Below, in pieces: positions 8,233 through 16,611 of a stretch of DNA of 39,407 bases. A model generated the notes under the pieces. That model saw only the letters and a program-made list of their open reading frames with translations. It had not been told where the DNA came from and did not search any database. Source of the stretch: Candidatus Limnocylindrales bacterium (GTDB lineage: Bacteria; Chloroflexota; Limnocylindria; Limnocylindrales; CSP1-4); the NCBI GenBank assembly GCA_038253685.1, contig JBBSGX010000002.1, forward strand, positions 1-39,407, written 5' to 3'. Made by a program: the position numbers and the translations under genes. Each line of letters starts with the position of its first letter. The first letter of the stretch is position 1.

Positions 8233-9000
8233 TCAGGGGATCCGGTACATCACAGTGACGGTCACTTCGAGCGTGACCTTGCCGGGCTCGACGGGCGTGA
8301 CTGCGCGATCTGCGGCAGGTGCGCCCGCCGACATCACGTCCGGGTAGGGAGTCGGGAACGGCGAGCTGACCTCGGAGATCGAGGCGATGCCGGTGATGTT
8401 CACGCCCGCGGCCGAGGCCAGCGCGTCGGCCTTGCTCTTGGCGTCCTTCATGGCCGCAGCGCGAGCCTGCGCCTCGACCTTGGACTGATCGTCGACGCGG
8501 AAGCTGACGCCGTTGACCTGCGTCGCGCCGGCGTCTACCGCTGCGTCGACGGTCTCACCGACCTTGGTCAGGTCACGGACGGTGATGCTGACCACGTTGT
8601 CCGTGGCATATCCGGTGATGGTCGACTTGCTGGACGAGTAGTCGTAGGTGGGCTGGAGCGAGAGGTTGGCCGTCTGGATGTCGGCTTCCGCCACGCCGGC
8701 TGCTTTGAGCGCATCGATGATCTTGCCCATCAGCTCGGCGGCGGCGATCTCGGATTCCTTTGCCTTGCCGCGCTCGACGCGGACACCGAGCGAGATGTCG
8801 GCGACGTCCGGCTTGACCAGCACGCGCCCCGTGCCCGAGACACTGATCGTGTGCTGCGGCGGGTTGGTGTCGGCGGCTCGGCTGACCCCGCTTCCGAAGC
8901 TCGGCGCGAGGACGATGGCCGACATCACGCCGGCCGCTGCTCCACCTAGGAGCCAGCTTATCCGGTTGCGTCGGGCTGTCACGAGTAGACCTGTTTGCAT
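8233..9000 (-). CDS. SIMPL domain-containing protein (DUF541, periplasmic immunogenic-protein family), secreted
   Basis: ISVSGTGRVLVKPDVADISLGVRVERGKAKESEIAAAELMGKIIDALKAAGVAEADIQTANLSLQPTYDY. Start set at ATG 9000 (MQTGLLVTARRNRISWLLGGAAAGVMSAIVLAPS, signal/TM-like) with GGAGG 8 nt upstream. Confidence 0.8.
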   Translation of the reverse strand: MQTGLLVTARRNRISWLLGGAAAGVMSAIVLAPSFGSGVSRAADTNPPQHTISVSGTGRVLVKPDVADISLGVRVERGKAKESEIAAAELMGKIIDALKAAGVAEADIQTANLSLQPTYDYSSSKSTITGYATDNVVSITVRDLTKVGETVDAAVDAGATQVNGVSFRVDDQSKVEAQARAAAMKDAKSKADALASAAGVNITGIASISEVSSPFPTPYPDVMSAGAPAADRAVTPVEPGKVTLEVTVTVMYRIP

Positions 9001-9196
9001 CTGAATACCTCCGGGTCCGCTCCTGGCGATTTCCGGGCTGGCGACGCAGGTGGCGGTTTGTCTGGTTGGTGGAGCTCCCCAGGGCTCCGTTCGCCCCAGA
9101 GACGCCGAGCATCTCCGGGCGGTTCCGCGACTCGCCGGAGGCCGAGTCGCAGGAGCGCGCCAGACGTTTCGCGAGAACCGGGGCACGGTCAGAGGC

Positions 9197-9202
9197 TATG
9201 CT
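9197..9202 (+). promoter_or_regulatory. Putative -10 box TATGCT, 6 nt upstream of GTG 9209 (leaderless start of the aldolase operon)
   Basis: TATGCT-ccgtcg-GTG with no SD. It gives a roughly 217-aa aldolase of typical length. Confidence 0.4.
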
Positions 9203-9208
9203 CCGTCG

Positions 9209-9862
9209 GTGTACGGTCAGTTCGCCGAGGTTGCCAGTCCTGCGCGTCCCGCACTGCCGGATGCCATCCGCGAGGGTCGCATCGTGGCCATCGGCCGCAA
9301 CCTCCATTCGAGCCGGTTGGAGGGCATCGCCGAAGCGCTGGTGGCAGGCGGCGTGCGCGCCTTCGAGATCACGCTGGGCAGCCCGGACGCGCTCGCCGGG
9401 ATCCGCGCAATCGCCTCGACCTACGGCGACCAGCTGCTCGTGGGTGCAGGCACGGTCCTCGACGTCGAGGCCGCCAGGCAGGCACTCGACGCGGGCGCCC
9501 GTTTTCTCGTGATGCCCCACACCGACCCTACGCTGGTGACCTGGGCTGCCCAGCGTGGCGTGCCCGCATTTCCCGGGGCCTTCACCCCGACCGAGATCGT
9601 CCAGGGCTGGCGCGCCGGAGCGTGCGCGGTCAAGCTCTTCCCCGCGTCGGTTGCGGGCCCGGCCTTCATCCGCGAGTTCCGCGGCCCGTTTCCCGACATT
9701 CCGCTCGTGCCGACAGGCGGCGTCAGCGCGGAGACGGCGCCGGCGTATCTCGAGGCCGGGGCGGCGGCAGTGGGCGTTGGCAGCTGGCTGATGGGGGGTG
9801 GCGATCCAGAGGTGGTCCGGGAGCGTGCGGGCGCCCTGGTGAAGCGACTCTTCGCCGCGTAA
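9209..9862 (+). CDS. eda: 2-dehydro-3-deoxy-phosphogluconate / 4-hydroxy-2-oxoglutarate aldolase (KDPG/KDPGal aldolase family)
   Basis: IVAIGRNLHSSRLEGIAEALVAGGVRAFEITLGSPDALAGIRAI, GAGTVLD, VMPHTDP, PGAFTPTEI, AVKLFPAS (Schiff-base Lys). ORF 9050..9862 trimmed to GTG 9209. Confidence 0.85.
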   Translation: MYGQFAEVASPARPALPDAIREGRIVAIGRNLHSSRLEGIAEALVAGGVRAFEITLGSPDALAGIRAIASTYGDQLLVGAGTVLDVEAARQALDAGARFLVMPHTDPTLVTWAAQRGVPAFPGAFTPTEIVQGWRAGACAVKLFPASVAGPAFIREFRGPFPDIPLVPTGGVSAETAPAYLEAGAAAVGVGSWLMGGGDPEVVRERAGALVKRLFAA

Positions 9863-9866
9863 CGCC

Positions 9867-11057
9867 GTGCGCATCACCGCAGTCACGACCTACCTGGTCG
9901 GCAACGCCTGGAAGAACTGGCTGTTCGTACGGGTCGACACGGACGAAGGAATCCACGGCGCCGGCGAAGGCACGCTGAATGCGTTCTCGGAAACGGTCGC
10001 GGCGGCCGTCCATGAGCTGCGCGACGAGTACATCGGGCTCGATCCAACCCAGATCGAGCTGCTGCTCCAGCGCCTCACCCGCGATGTCTACAGCGATGGT
10101 GGCCAGATCCACATGTCGGCGGTGTCGGCGATCGAGGTCGCCTGCTGGGACATCATGGGCAAGGCCGCGGGACGACCCGTCCACCAGCTGCTCGGCGGAC
10201 GGGTGCGCGACAGCGTGCGTGCGTACGCCAACGGCTGGTACCGCACGGCTCGCTCGCCCGAGGGTTTCGCGGAGCGTGCCGTGGCCACCGTGGCGCTCGG
10301 CTACACGGCGCTGAAGTTCGACCCGTTCGCGGCCGCCTATCGGGTCCTCGATCGGAAGGAAGAGGACCTCTCGCTCGACATCGTGGCGGCCGTGCGGGCG
10401 GCGGTCGGGTGGGACGTCGACCTCATGATCGAGGGCCACACTCGCTTCTCGGTCGCGACGGCACTTCGCCTCGCCGACCGACTGGCGGAGCATCGGCCGG
10501 CCTGGTTCGAGGAGCCCGTGCCGCACCAGTACGGGCAGGCCGTCGTCGAGGTCGCGCGGCGGTCTCCGGTGCCCATTGCGACCGGCGAGAGCTTCAGCTC
10601 GATCCAGCAGCATGCGGAGCTGCTGGCGCACGACGCCGTCCACATCATCCAGCCGGAGCCGCTCTTCATCGGCGGCCTGTGGCGCACGCGCATGGTCGCC
10701 GCCATGGCCGACGCGCACTACGCCGTCGTCGCACCGCACAACGCGCAGGGACCGATCTGCAGCGCGATCAGTCTCCAACTGGGTGCCTGCATCCCGAACT
10801 TCTACGTCCAGGAGTCCTTTGACGAGACGAACGACGAGTGGACGCGCGCCATCGTGGACGAGCCCGTCGTGCAGCACGGCGGATACCTCGAGGTACGCGA
10901 CCGGCCCGGGCTCGGGATCGAGCTCGACTGGGAGCGACTCGGCGAGCATCCGTACGAGCGCCAGCACATCCTGCGTCTGTTCTCGCCCGGCTGGGAGCGC
11001 CGCGTGACGGAGGAGAGACCCCGGGCCCCCGCGGAGGCGGCCCCGACAGATGCCTGA
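9867..11057 (+). CDS. Enolase-superfamily (mandelate racemase/muconate lactonizing enzyme family) sugar-acid dehydratase, galactonate-dehydratase-like
   Basis: MRITAVTTYLVGNAWKNWLFVRVDTDEGIHGAGEG, AIEVACWDIMGKAAGRPVHQLLGG, LKFDP / FEEP / ATGES metal-ligand boxes. GTG start 4 nt after the aldolase stop. Confidence 0.8.
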   Translation: MRITAVTTYLVGNAWKNWLFVRVDTDEGIHGAGEGTLNAFSETVAAAVHELRDEYIGLDPTQIELLLQRLTRDVYSDGGQIHMSAVSAIEVACWDIMGKAAGRPVHQLLGGRVRDSVRAYANGWYRTARSPEGFAERAVATVALGYTALKFDPFAAAYRVLDRKEEDLSLDIVAAVRAAVGWDVDLMIEGHTRFSVATALRLADRLAEHRPAWFEEPVPHQYGQAVVEVARRSPVPIATGESFSSIQQHAELLAHDAVHIIQPEPLFIGGLWRTRMVAAMADAHYAVVAPHNAQGPICSAISLQLGACIPNFYVQESFDETNDEWTRAIVDEPVVQHGGYLEVRDRPGLGIELDWERLGEHPYERQHILRLFSPGWERRVTEERPRAPAEAAPTDA

Positions 11058-12105
11058 GGTGGGCGCCAGCCCGGCCGCTCAGCCCGGGACCGACGGCGGC
11101 CCCGAGGTCGTGACTCTTGGCGAGGCGATGGTGGCCCTCGTCGCCACCGAACCCGGCCCGCTCGCCGAGAACGGCACGTTCCTGCGCCACGTTGCGGGTG
11201 CCGAGGCGAACGTGGCAGTCGGGCTCGTTCGCCTCGGTCACGCGACCGCCTTCATCGGCCGCGTCGGACCCGATGCCTTCGGCACGGCCATCGGCCGCAG
11301 GCTGCGCGGCGAGGGGGTCGACTGCTCCGGCCTCGTCGTCGATTCGGGGGCGCAGACCGGCATCCTCATCCGGGAGCGCAGGCTGGTGGGCTCTTCGGAG
11401 GTGCTCTACTACCGGCGCGACTCGGCCGGGTCGCGCATCTCCGGCACGGAAGTCCAGCAGGCCGCAGATCGGGGTTTGCTCCACGGCGCGCGCTGGGTGC
11501 ATCTGACCGGCATCACGCCCGCCCTTTCGGTATCGGCCGCGGACGCGGTGGAGACGGCCATGAACCTCGCCCGCGACGCCGGCCTCACCATCAGCTTCGA
11601 CGTGAACCTGCGGCGCAAGCTGTGGTCGGAGGACGAGGCCCGCAGGGCCCTGGCGCCGCTCGCGGCCCAGAGCAACGTCGTCCTGGGCAGTCTCGACGAG
11701 CTGGCGCTGCTCGGCGAAGTCGAGTTGCCGGCAAGGGCGATCGACCATGCGGCTGCCATCTCCGCGGCCGACGCCATCCTCGGGCTGGGTCCATCGGTCG
11801 CCGTGGTCAAGCTGGGAAGCGGCGGCGCGCTGGAACGGCGGCGCGATGCCGACGGCCACATCACCACAGCCCAGCACGTCGGCTACCCACTGTCGCAGCC
11901 GCTCGATCCGGTTGGCGCCGGAGATGCGTTCGTGGCCGGCTACATTGCCGCGACGCTGGAGGGCCTGCCCGCCGAACGAGCCCTTGCCCTCGGCAATGCC
12001 TGCGGGGCGGCCGTGGCCGCGTCGGTCGGCGATCTCCATGGCCTGCCGACGCGCGACGAAGCTGAGCGGATCATGGCAACCGGGGGACCGGGCGCGCTGC
12101 GCTGA
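11050..12105 (+). CDS. kdgK: PfkB-family sugar kinase, 2-dehydro-3-deoxygluconokinase/galactonokinase-like
   Basis: VVTLGEAMVALV, GAEANVAVGLVRLGH, C-terminal DPVGAGDAFVAGYIAA (PfkB signature). ATG 11050 overlaps the upstream stop (ATGCCTGA). Confidence 0.85.
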   Translation: MPEVGASPAAQPGTDGGPEVVTLGEAMVALVATEPGPLAENGTFLRHVAGAEANVAVGLVRLGHATAFIGRVGPDAFGTAIGRRLRGEGVDCSGLVVDSGAQTGILIRERRLVGSSEVLYYRRDSAGSRISGTEVQQAADRGLLHGARWVHLTGITPALSVSAADAVETAMNLARDAGLTISFDVNLRRKLWSEDEARRALAPLAAQSNVVLGSLDELALLGEVELPARAIDHAAAISAADAILGLGPSVAVVKLGSGGALERRRDADGHITTAQHVGYPLSQPLDPVGAGDAFVAGYIAATLEGLPAERALALGNACGAAVAASVGDLHGLPTRDEAERIMATGGPGALR

Positions 12106-12176
12106 TCAGGCGCCGCCGCCTCACTGCCAACGCCGGTTCAGCCCGCCCACCGGAGCGCCGCGACCTTGGGGCAGTC

Positions 12177-13121
12177 TCAGCCCTTGGTCGAGCCCAGGGT
12201 CAAGCCGCTGATGAACTGCCGCTGGAGCGCGAAGTAGACGATCAGCGTCGGCAGGGCAACCAGCACGGCTCCCGCCGCGACCAGGTTGTTGTTGACGAAG
12301 AACTCGCCCTTCAGGTTGTTCAGTGCCGACGTGACCGGCAACTTGGCACCGGTCTTGATCAGGATGAGCGCCCAGAAGAAGTCGTTGTACATGAACGTGA
12401 ATTCGAGCGTTGCCAATGCGGCGAGCGCTGGCTTGCAGAGCGGAAGGGTCACCTGCCAGAAGATCTTCCAGATCGGCGCCCCGTCCACCACCGCCGCCTC
12501 GGTGAGCTCGGTCGGGATCGTCTTCATGAAGTTGCTGAGCACAAACACGCAGAATCCGAGCTGGAAGGCGATGTGGATGACCATGATCCCGAAGTACTGG
12601 TCGTAGAACAGGCCGTTGTCGCTCAGCGGCAGGAGCTTGTCGAGGATCCCCGAGCCGTTGCCCGGCAGGGGCAGGTTGAGGTAGAGGCGATAGAGCGGGG
12701 TGATGACAACCTGCGGCGGCAGCAGGTTCGCGGCCGTGAAGAACATGAGCAGCGCCAGGTTGAAGCGCCACCTGAAGCGCGACACGGTGAAGGCGACCAT
12801 CGACGCAAGGAAGATCACGATCGCCACGCCCGGCACGACGATGATCAGCGTATTGATGAAGTAGTGCGGGATCTGGGCCTGGTTCCAGGCCGTGATGTAG
12901 TTGTCGAAGTTCAGCACCCCCGGGAATGACGCATACCCGCGCGTGTTCGTGTCGTCGTATGGCCGCAGCGATGTGTAGACTGCGTATGCGAGCGGAAAGA
13001 GCCACAGCAGGCTCATCGCGATCAGGAACGTGTGGAGCCCCGCACGGCCCCAGCGAATGCGCTTCCGGCGGTACGCCACTGCCTCGACCGTGGCCGGAGC
13101 CCTTTCGGCGACGGCGGTCAT
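12177..13121 (-). CDS. Carbohydrate ABC transporter permease (CUT1 family, second membrane subunit)
   Basis: C-terminal 314 aa of ORF 12177..13970, starting MTAVAERAP. Typical MalG-like sequence with the EAA-type loop TIPTELTEAAVVDGAPIWKIFWQVTLP. ATG 13121 overlaps the upstream stop (ATGA). Confidence 0.9.
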   Translation of the reverse strand: MTAVAERAPATVEAVAYRRKRIRWGRAGLHTFLIAMSLLWLFPLAYAVYTSLRPYDDTNTRGYASFPGVLNFDNYITAWNQAQIPHYFINTLIIVVPGVAIVIFLASMVAFTVSRFRWRFNLALLMFFTAANLLPPQVVITPLYRLYLNLPLPGNGSGILDKLLPLSDNGLFYDQYFGIMVIHIAFQLGFCVFVLSNFMKTIPTELTEAAVVDGAPIWKIFWQVTLPLCKPALAALATLEFTFMYNDFFWALILIKTGAKLPVTSALNNLKGEFFVNNNLVAAGAVLVALPTLIVYFALQRQFISGLTLGSTKG

Positions 13122-14089
13122 TGCGGCTCCTCTCGCAGTGATCGGGTGAGATACACGAGGATCGGCCCCACCGAGATCAGCAGCAGGATCACGGCAATTG
13201 CTGAGCCGAATCCGACACGACTCGCTTCTCCGATGATGTTGTTGGTCACCAGGACGGACAGCAGCTCGAGCCCGTTCAGGCCGCGGTTGATGATGAACGC
13301 CAGGTCGAACGCCCGCAGCGCCTCGATGACGGTGATCACGAGGATCACGACATTGATCGGCCGCAGGACGGGGAAGACGACCCTGAAGAACGTCTGACGC
13401 TGGTTGGCGCCGTCCATGGCGGCCGCCTCTCGCAGGCTCGGATCCACGCTCTTCAGACCTGCCAGGTACAACACCATCACGTAGCCGATGTGCCGCCAGC
13501 TCGCGGCGACGAGCACTGCCCACAGGTTGATGCTCGAGTCGCCGAGGAAGTCGATGAAGTGGTTCGTATTGGAGAGTCCGAGGATGCTGTTGATGAAGCC
13601 GTCCGAGGTCGAGTACTGCAGCTGCCAGATGAAGCCGACGATGGCGAGCGACAGGACGACCGGCAGGTACAGGGCGCTCTGGTAGATCCGCGAGCCGCGG
13701 ATCTCCTTGTCCAGGAGCACAGCCATGAACATCCCGATGGGTGTCGCCACCAGCAGCAGGAAGCCGAGCCAGATGATGTTGTGCTGGACCGCGGGCCAGA
13801 ACGGCGGATAGATGGAGACGAGGTCCGAGTAGTTCTTGAGGCCCGCGAACTTGATGCTGGCGAGTCCTCCGATGCCGCTCCAATTGGTGAACGAGAGGGC
13901 AATAGAGGCAATCGTCGGCAGCCAGATGAAGAACGCCACGATCGCTGTCGGGACGCCCGCCATGACCCACAGGACGAACTTGTCCTGGCGCGTCAGCATG
14001 CTGAACCGGCGTCGCTTGCGCGGGGAAACCGAAGCCCCCGCCCCACCGGCCTGGGGGCCGGTGTGGGCGGGGGCCTGGCTACTGGTCAC
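13118..14089 (-). CDS. Carbohydrate ABC transporter permease (CUT1 family, first membrane subunit)
   Basis: ORF 13118..14089 with a GTG start. MalF-like TM pattern and loop SVDPSLREAAAMDGANQRQTFFRVVFPVLRP. Confidence 0.9.
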   Translation of the reverse strand: MTSSQAPAHTGPQAGGAGASVSPRKRRRFSMLTRQDKFVLWVMAGVPTAIVAFFIWLPTIASIALSFTNWSGIGGLASIKFAGLKNYSDLVSIYPPFWPAVQHNIIWLGFLLLVATPIGMFMAVLLDKEIRGSRIYQSALYLPVVLSLAIVGFIWQLQYSTSDGFINSILGLSNTNHFIDFLGDSSINLWAVLVAASWRHIGYVMVLYLAGLKSVDPSLREAAAMDGANQRQTFFRVVFPVLRPINVVILVITVIEALRAFDLAFIINRGLNGLELLSVLVTNNIIGEASRVGFGSAIAVILLLISVGPILVYLTRSLREEPQ

Positions 14090-14107
14090 CGCTATGGATC
14101 CCCCGTT

Positions 14108-15553
14108 TTACTGAACGGGTGGAAGCGAGTCGTAGTTGGTCTGGATGTTCGTGAGGAACTTGTCCAGATCCTGATTGGGGTCCTTGAGGAAGCTCTGCAG
14201 ATACGCCTGCATGTAGTTGGGCCCGGCGAAGTCCGGCCGCGTGTCGCGGTCGAGGAACTGCGCGATGGCGCTGGACTTGCTGATGATGTCCTGAGAGGAC
14301 TTCTGGAACGCGGTGTATCCGCTCGTGTCGACCTTGCTGTTCGCCGAAACGTCATTGGGGTCGAGCTTGATGTAGGCGGCCTGTGCCTCCGCCCCGCCAA
14401 AGCACTCCATGACCTTCTTGGCAGCCGCCAGGTCCTTGGGTGCCTTGCTGAGCATGAAGCCGTCGATCGGTGCGTCGATCCCGCCCTCGGCGTCGAACGC
14501 GGTGCCGAGTGTCGGGAACGGGAAGAAGGCGAGGTCCGCAGCGTCAGCGGGGTTCGTTGCCTGCTGACCGGCGAACGTGCCGAGGAAGTACATGCCTGCG
14601 GTCTGCGCGACCATGGCCTTGGCGGCCTCCTGCCAGGTGAGTCCCAGCGCGCCCGACTGGTAGAAGGGCAGCAGGGTCTTCCAGGTTTCGAAGACGGCCT
14701 TGACCTTGGGATCAGTCCACTTCTCCTTGCCGGCCATCAGGTCAACGTGGAACTTGTAGCCGTTCGTGCGCATGTTCAGGATGTCGAACGTGCCCATGGC
14801 CGGCCAGCCGTCCTTGTCGGCGAAGGCGATCGGGGTGATCCCGTCAGCCTTCATCTTGGTCGCCAGGGTGATCAGGTCGGGCAGCGTCTTCGGGACGGTA
14901 TAGCTCTTTGCGGCCCAGAGAGCCTTGCGATAGATGACCACCCACGGGTAGTTGTAGTTCGTCACGAAGTACTGCTTGCCATCGTCACCGGTGGAAGCGT
15001 TCTTGAACGCGTCAGAGAAGTCGCCGCCGATCTTCGACCAGACATCGCTGACGTCCGTCGAGAGGCCCTGTGCGGCGAAGAACCGCATCCGGTATCCGGC
15101 GAACCAGGTGAAGATGTCGTCAGGCGTGCCCTGAAGGTACGAGCTGATCGAGTCCTGGAACTTGGCGTGATCGACCGTGTTGATCGTGATCTGGACGCCG
15201 GTTGACGCGGTGCAGACAGCGGCCATGGCTGCAAGGGCGGCCTTCGGCACTGCGTCCGAGGCGTTCGATCCCAGGGTGACGGACCCTCCACCGGCCGGGA
15301 CCGACGGCGCCGCGACGGACGGCACCGCGACAGACGGCACCGCGACTGACGGTACTGCGACGGACGGAACCGCGACAGATGGGACTGCAAGCGACGGAAT
15401 CGACGTTGCGTTGCTGCCCCCACAGGCGGCCACGATGACCGCCAGAGCGGCCAGGCTTACCGCAGCGCCGCGGCGGGCCCGAGCTCGACGGGGCACGACG
15501 TACCCCTCGTTGACTACGGGCACTGTAGCGCGCCGTGCCTCAGGATCGGCCAT
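14108..15553 (-). CDS. Sugar ABC transporter substrate-binding lipoprotein (extracellular solute-binding family 1)
   Basis: ORF 14108..15601 trimmed to ATG 15553, which has GGAGGAGGA upstream. Lipobox LAVIVAACGG, a (S/A)VAVP repeat linker, then a family-1 SBP body (DDIFTWFAGYRMRFFAAQG...). Confidence 0.9.
   Translation of the reverse strand: MADPEARRATVPVVNEGYVVPRRARARRGAAVSLAALAVIVAACGGSNATSIPSLAVPSVAVPSVAVPSVAVPSVAVPSVAAPSVPAGGGSVTLGSNASDAVPKAALAAMAAVCTASTGVQITINTVDHAKFQDSISSYLQGTPDDIFTWFAGYRMRFFAAQGLSTDVSDVWSKIGGDFSDAFKNASTGDDGKQYFVTNYNYPWVVIYRKALWAAKSYTVPKTLPDLITLATKMKADGITPIAFADKDGWPAMGTFDILNMRTNGYKFHVDLMAGKEKWTDPKVKAVFETWKTLLPFYQSGALGLTWQEAAKAMVAQTAGMYFLGTFAGQQATNPADAADLAFFPFPTLGTAFDAEGGIDAPIDGFMLSKAPKDLAAAKKVMECFGGAEAQAAYIKLDPNDVSANSKVDTSGYTAFQKSSQDIISKSSAIAQFLDRDTRPDFAGPNYMQAYLQSFLKDPNQDLDKFLTNIQTNYDSLPPVQ
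15303..15392 (-). repeat. Six imperfect 15-bp tandem repeats inside the SBP gene, encoding a (S)VAVP x6 linker
   Basis: Plus-strand units: gacggcgccgcgacg, gacggcaccgcgaca, gacggcaccgcgact, gacggtactgcgacg, gacggaaccgcgaca, gatgggactgcaagc. Protein: SLAVPSVAVPSVAVPSVAVPSVAVPSVAAPSV. Confidence 0.9.
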
Positions 15554-15570
15554 CGTTCCTCCTCCTCGTG

Positions 15571-15614
15571 CTGTGGACCTCTTGGCCCAACAGAAACCCA
15601 CAGGTTCGCACAGG
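15571..15614. promoter_or_regulatory. Candidate operator: three copies of the CACAGG/CCTGTG hexamer just downstream of the putative -10
   Basis: CACAGG at 15599-15604 and 15609-15614 (direct, 10-bp phase), and inverted CTGTGG at 15571-15576 pairing with CCACAG at 15598-15603. The DeoR-family regulator gene is divergent from this site. Confidence 0.3.
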
Positions 15615-15643
15615 ATTGTTGCCGCCGAGAGTACCTATGTCAA
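15615..15643 (-). promoter_or_regulatory. Putative sigma-70-type promoter of the sugar ABC operon (TTGACA-N17-AACAAT)
   Basis: On the minus strand: TTGACA (15643-15638), a 17-nt spacer, AACAAT (15620-15615). About 60 nt upstream of the SBP start, in a locally AT-richer gap. Confidence 0.4.
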
Positions 15644-15746
15644 GATGCAAAGGCCGCGTGCGAGCGTGCTGGATTCCGTTGACTTGTGTTCGATGTTGCG
15701 TGAAACTAGCGTCGGTCGCGTGTACCACGCTTGGGAGTGAGACGCC

Positions 15747-16598
15747 TTGCTGGCCCGTCAGCGCCATGCCTACATCCTGGAACGTGTCACTGCCGACGGA
15801 GGCGTGCGGGTAGCCGACCTGGCACGCGATCTCGGCGTCTCCGATATGACTGTGCGACGCGACCTCGAGCTGCTGGACGAGCGCGGTCTCCTCGAGAAGG
15901 TGCACGGCGGCGCCACGGCTGCAGCCGGAAGCGCCCTGTTCGAACCGGGCTTCGCAACCAAGTCCGCGCTCCGCCACGCAGAGAAGGAGGCGATCGCGGA
16001 TGCGGCCGCCGCCCTGGTCGAGCCGCGCATGGCCGTCGCGATCTCCGCCGGGTCAACCACATTCGCCATCGCGCAGCGCCTTGCCGATGTCGTCGGGCTC
16101 ACCGTGGTGACCAATGCCGTGCGCATCGCGGACGTGCTGCACGACACCGGACTCAAGGGCCAGACGATCATTCTCACGGGTGGCATGCGCACGCCGTCTG
16201 ACGCACTGGTGGGTCCCTTTGCGGTCGCGGCGCTGAAGATGGTCCACGTCGACATCGTCTTCATGGGCGTCCACGGGATGGACCCGAGATCCGGCTACAC
16301 GTCGCCCAACCTGCTGGAGGCCGAGACGGACCGCGCGCTCATCGACGCAGGCCGCAGACTGGTCGTAGCGGCGGATCACACCAAGTGGGGCGTCGTCGGG
16401 CTCAGCTCGATCGCCCGGCTCGACGAGGCCCAGGTGCTGATCACCGACTGGGGCCTGCCGCCCGAGGCGCGCGAGGTGCTGGCAGCTGCCGTTCCCGAGG
16501 TGGTGATCGTCGAACAGAGTGGGCTGGGCTTTGGCGGCCGTCTGGACGAGCCGCGCAGCCGCGTCGTCGCGCTTGCCGGAGCCGCCGTCCTTGACTGA
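15747..16598 (+). CDS. DeoR/GlpR-family transcriptional regulator
   Basis: LARQRHAYILERVTADGGVRVADLARDLGVSDMTVRRDLELLDERGLLEKVHGGA (DeoR HTH) followed by a DeoR C-terminal sugar-binding-type domain. TTG start with GGGAG 9 nt upstream. Confidence 0.88.
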   Translation: MLARQRHAYILERVTADGGVRVADLARDLGVSDMTVRRDLELLDERGLLEKVHGGATAAAGSALFEPGFATKSALRHAEKEAIADAAAALVEPRMAVAISAGSTTFAIAQRLADVVGLTVVTNAVRIADVLHDTGLKGQTIILTGGMRTPSDALVGPFAVAALKMVHVDIVFMGVHGMDPRSGYTSPNLLEAETDRALIDAGRRLVVAADHTKWGVVGLSSIARLDEAQVLITDWGLPPEAREVLAAAVPEVVIVEQSGLGFGGRLDEPRSRVVALAGAAVLD

Positions 16599-16611
16599 CA
16601 CGACCACGATC

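Noticed and set aside
9723-12039. Long minus-strand ORFs (9723..10967, 414 aa; 10768..12039, 423 aa) opposite the dehydratase and kinase genes. Similar long antisense ORFs occur at 13490..15205, 17881..19107, 23574..24623 and 36377..38389.
   Set aside because: These are typical shadow ORFs of GC-rich DNA. Their translations are Arg/Gly/Asp/Val/Pro-rich with no recognisable motifs, while the opposite strand carries full-length family signatures in every case.
13122-13970. Upstream half of ORF 12177..13970 (597 aa).
   Set aside because: It is an out-of-frame read-through across the first permease gene (13118..14089). The real second permease starts at ATG 13121, overlapping the upstream stop.
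15303-15407. The tandem 15-bp repeats as a possible CRISPR-like or minisatellite array.
   Set aside because: There are no spacers, the period is only 15 bp, and the repeats are in frame inside a well-supported SBP gene. This is a coding linker repeat.
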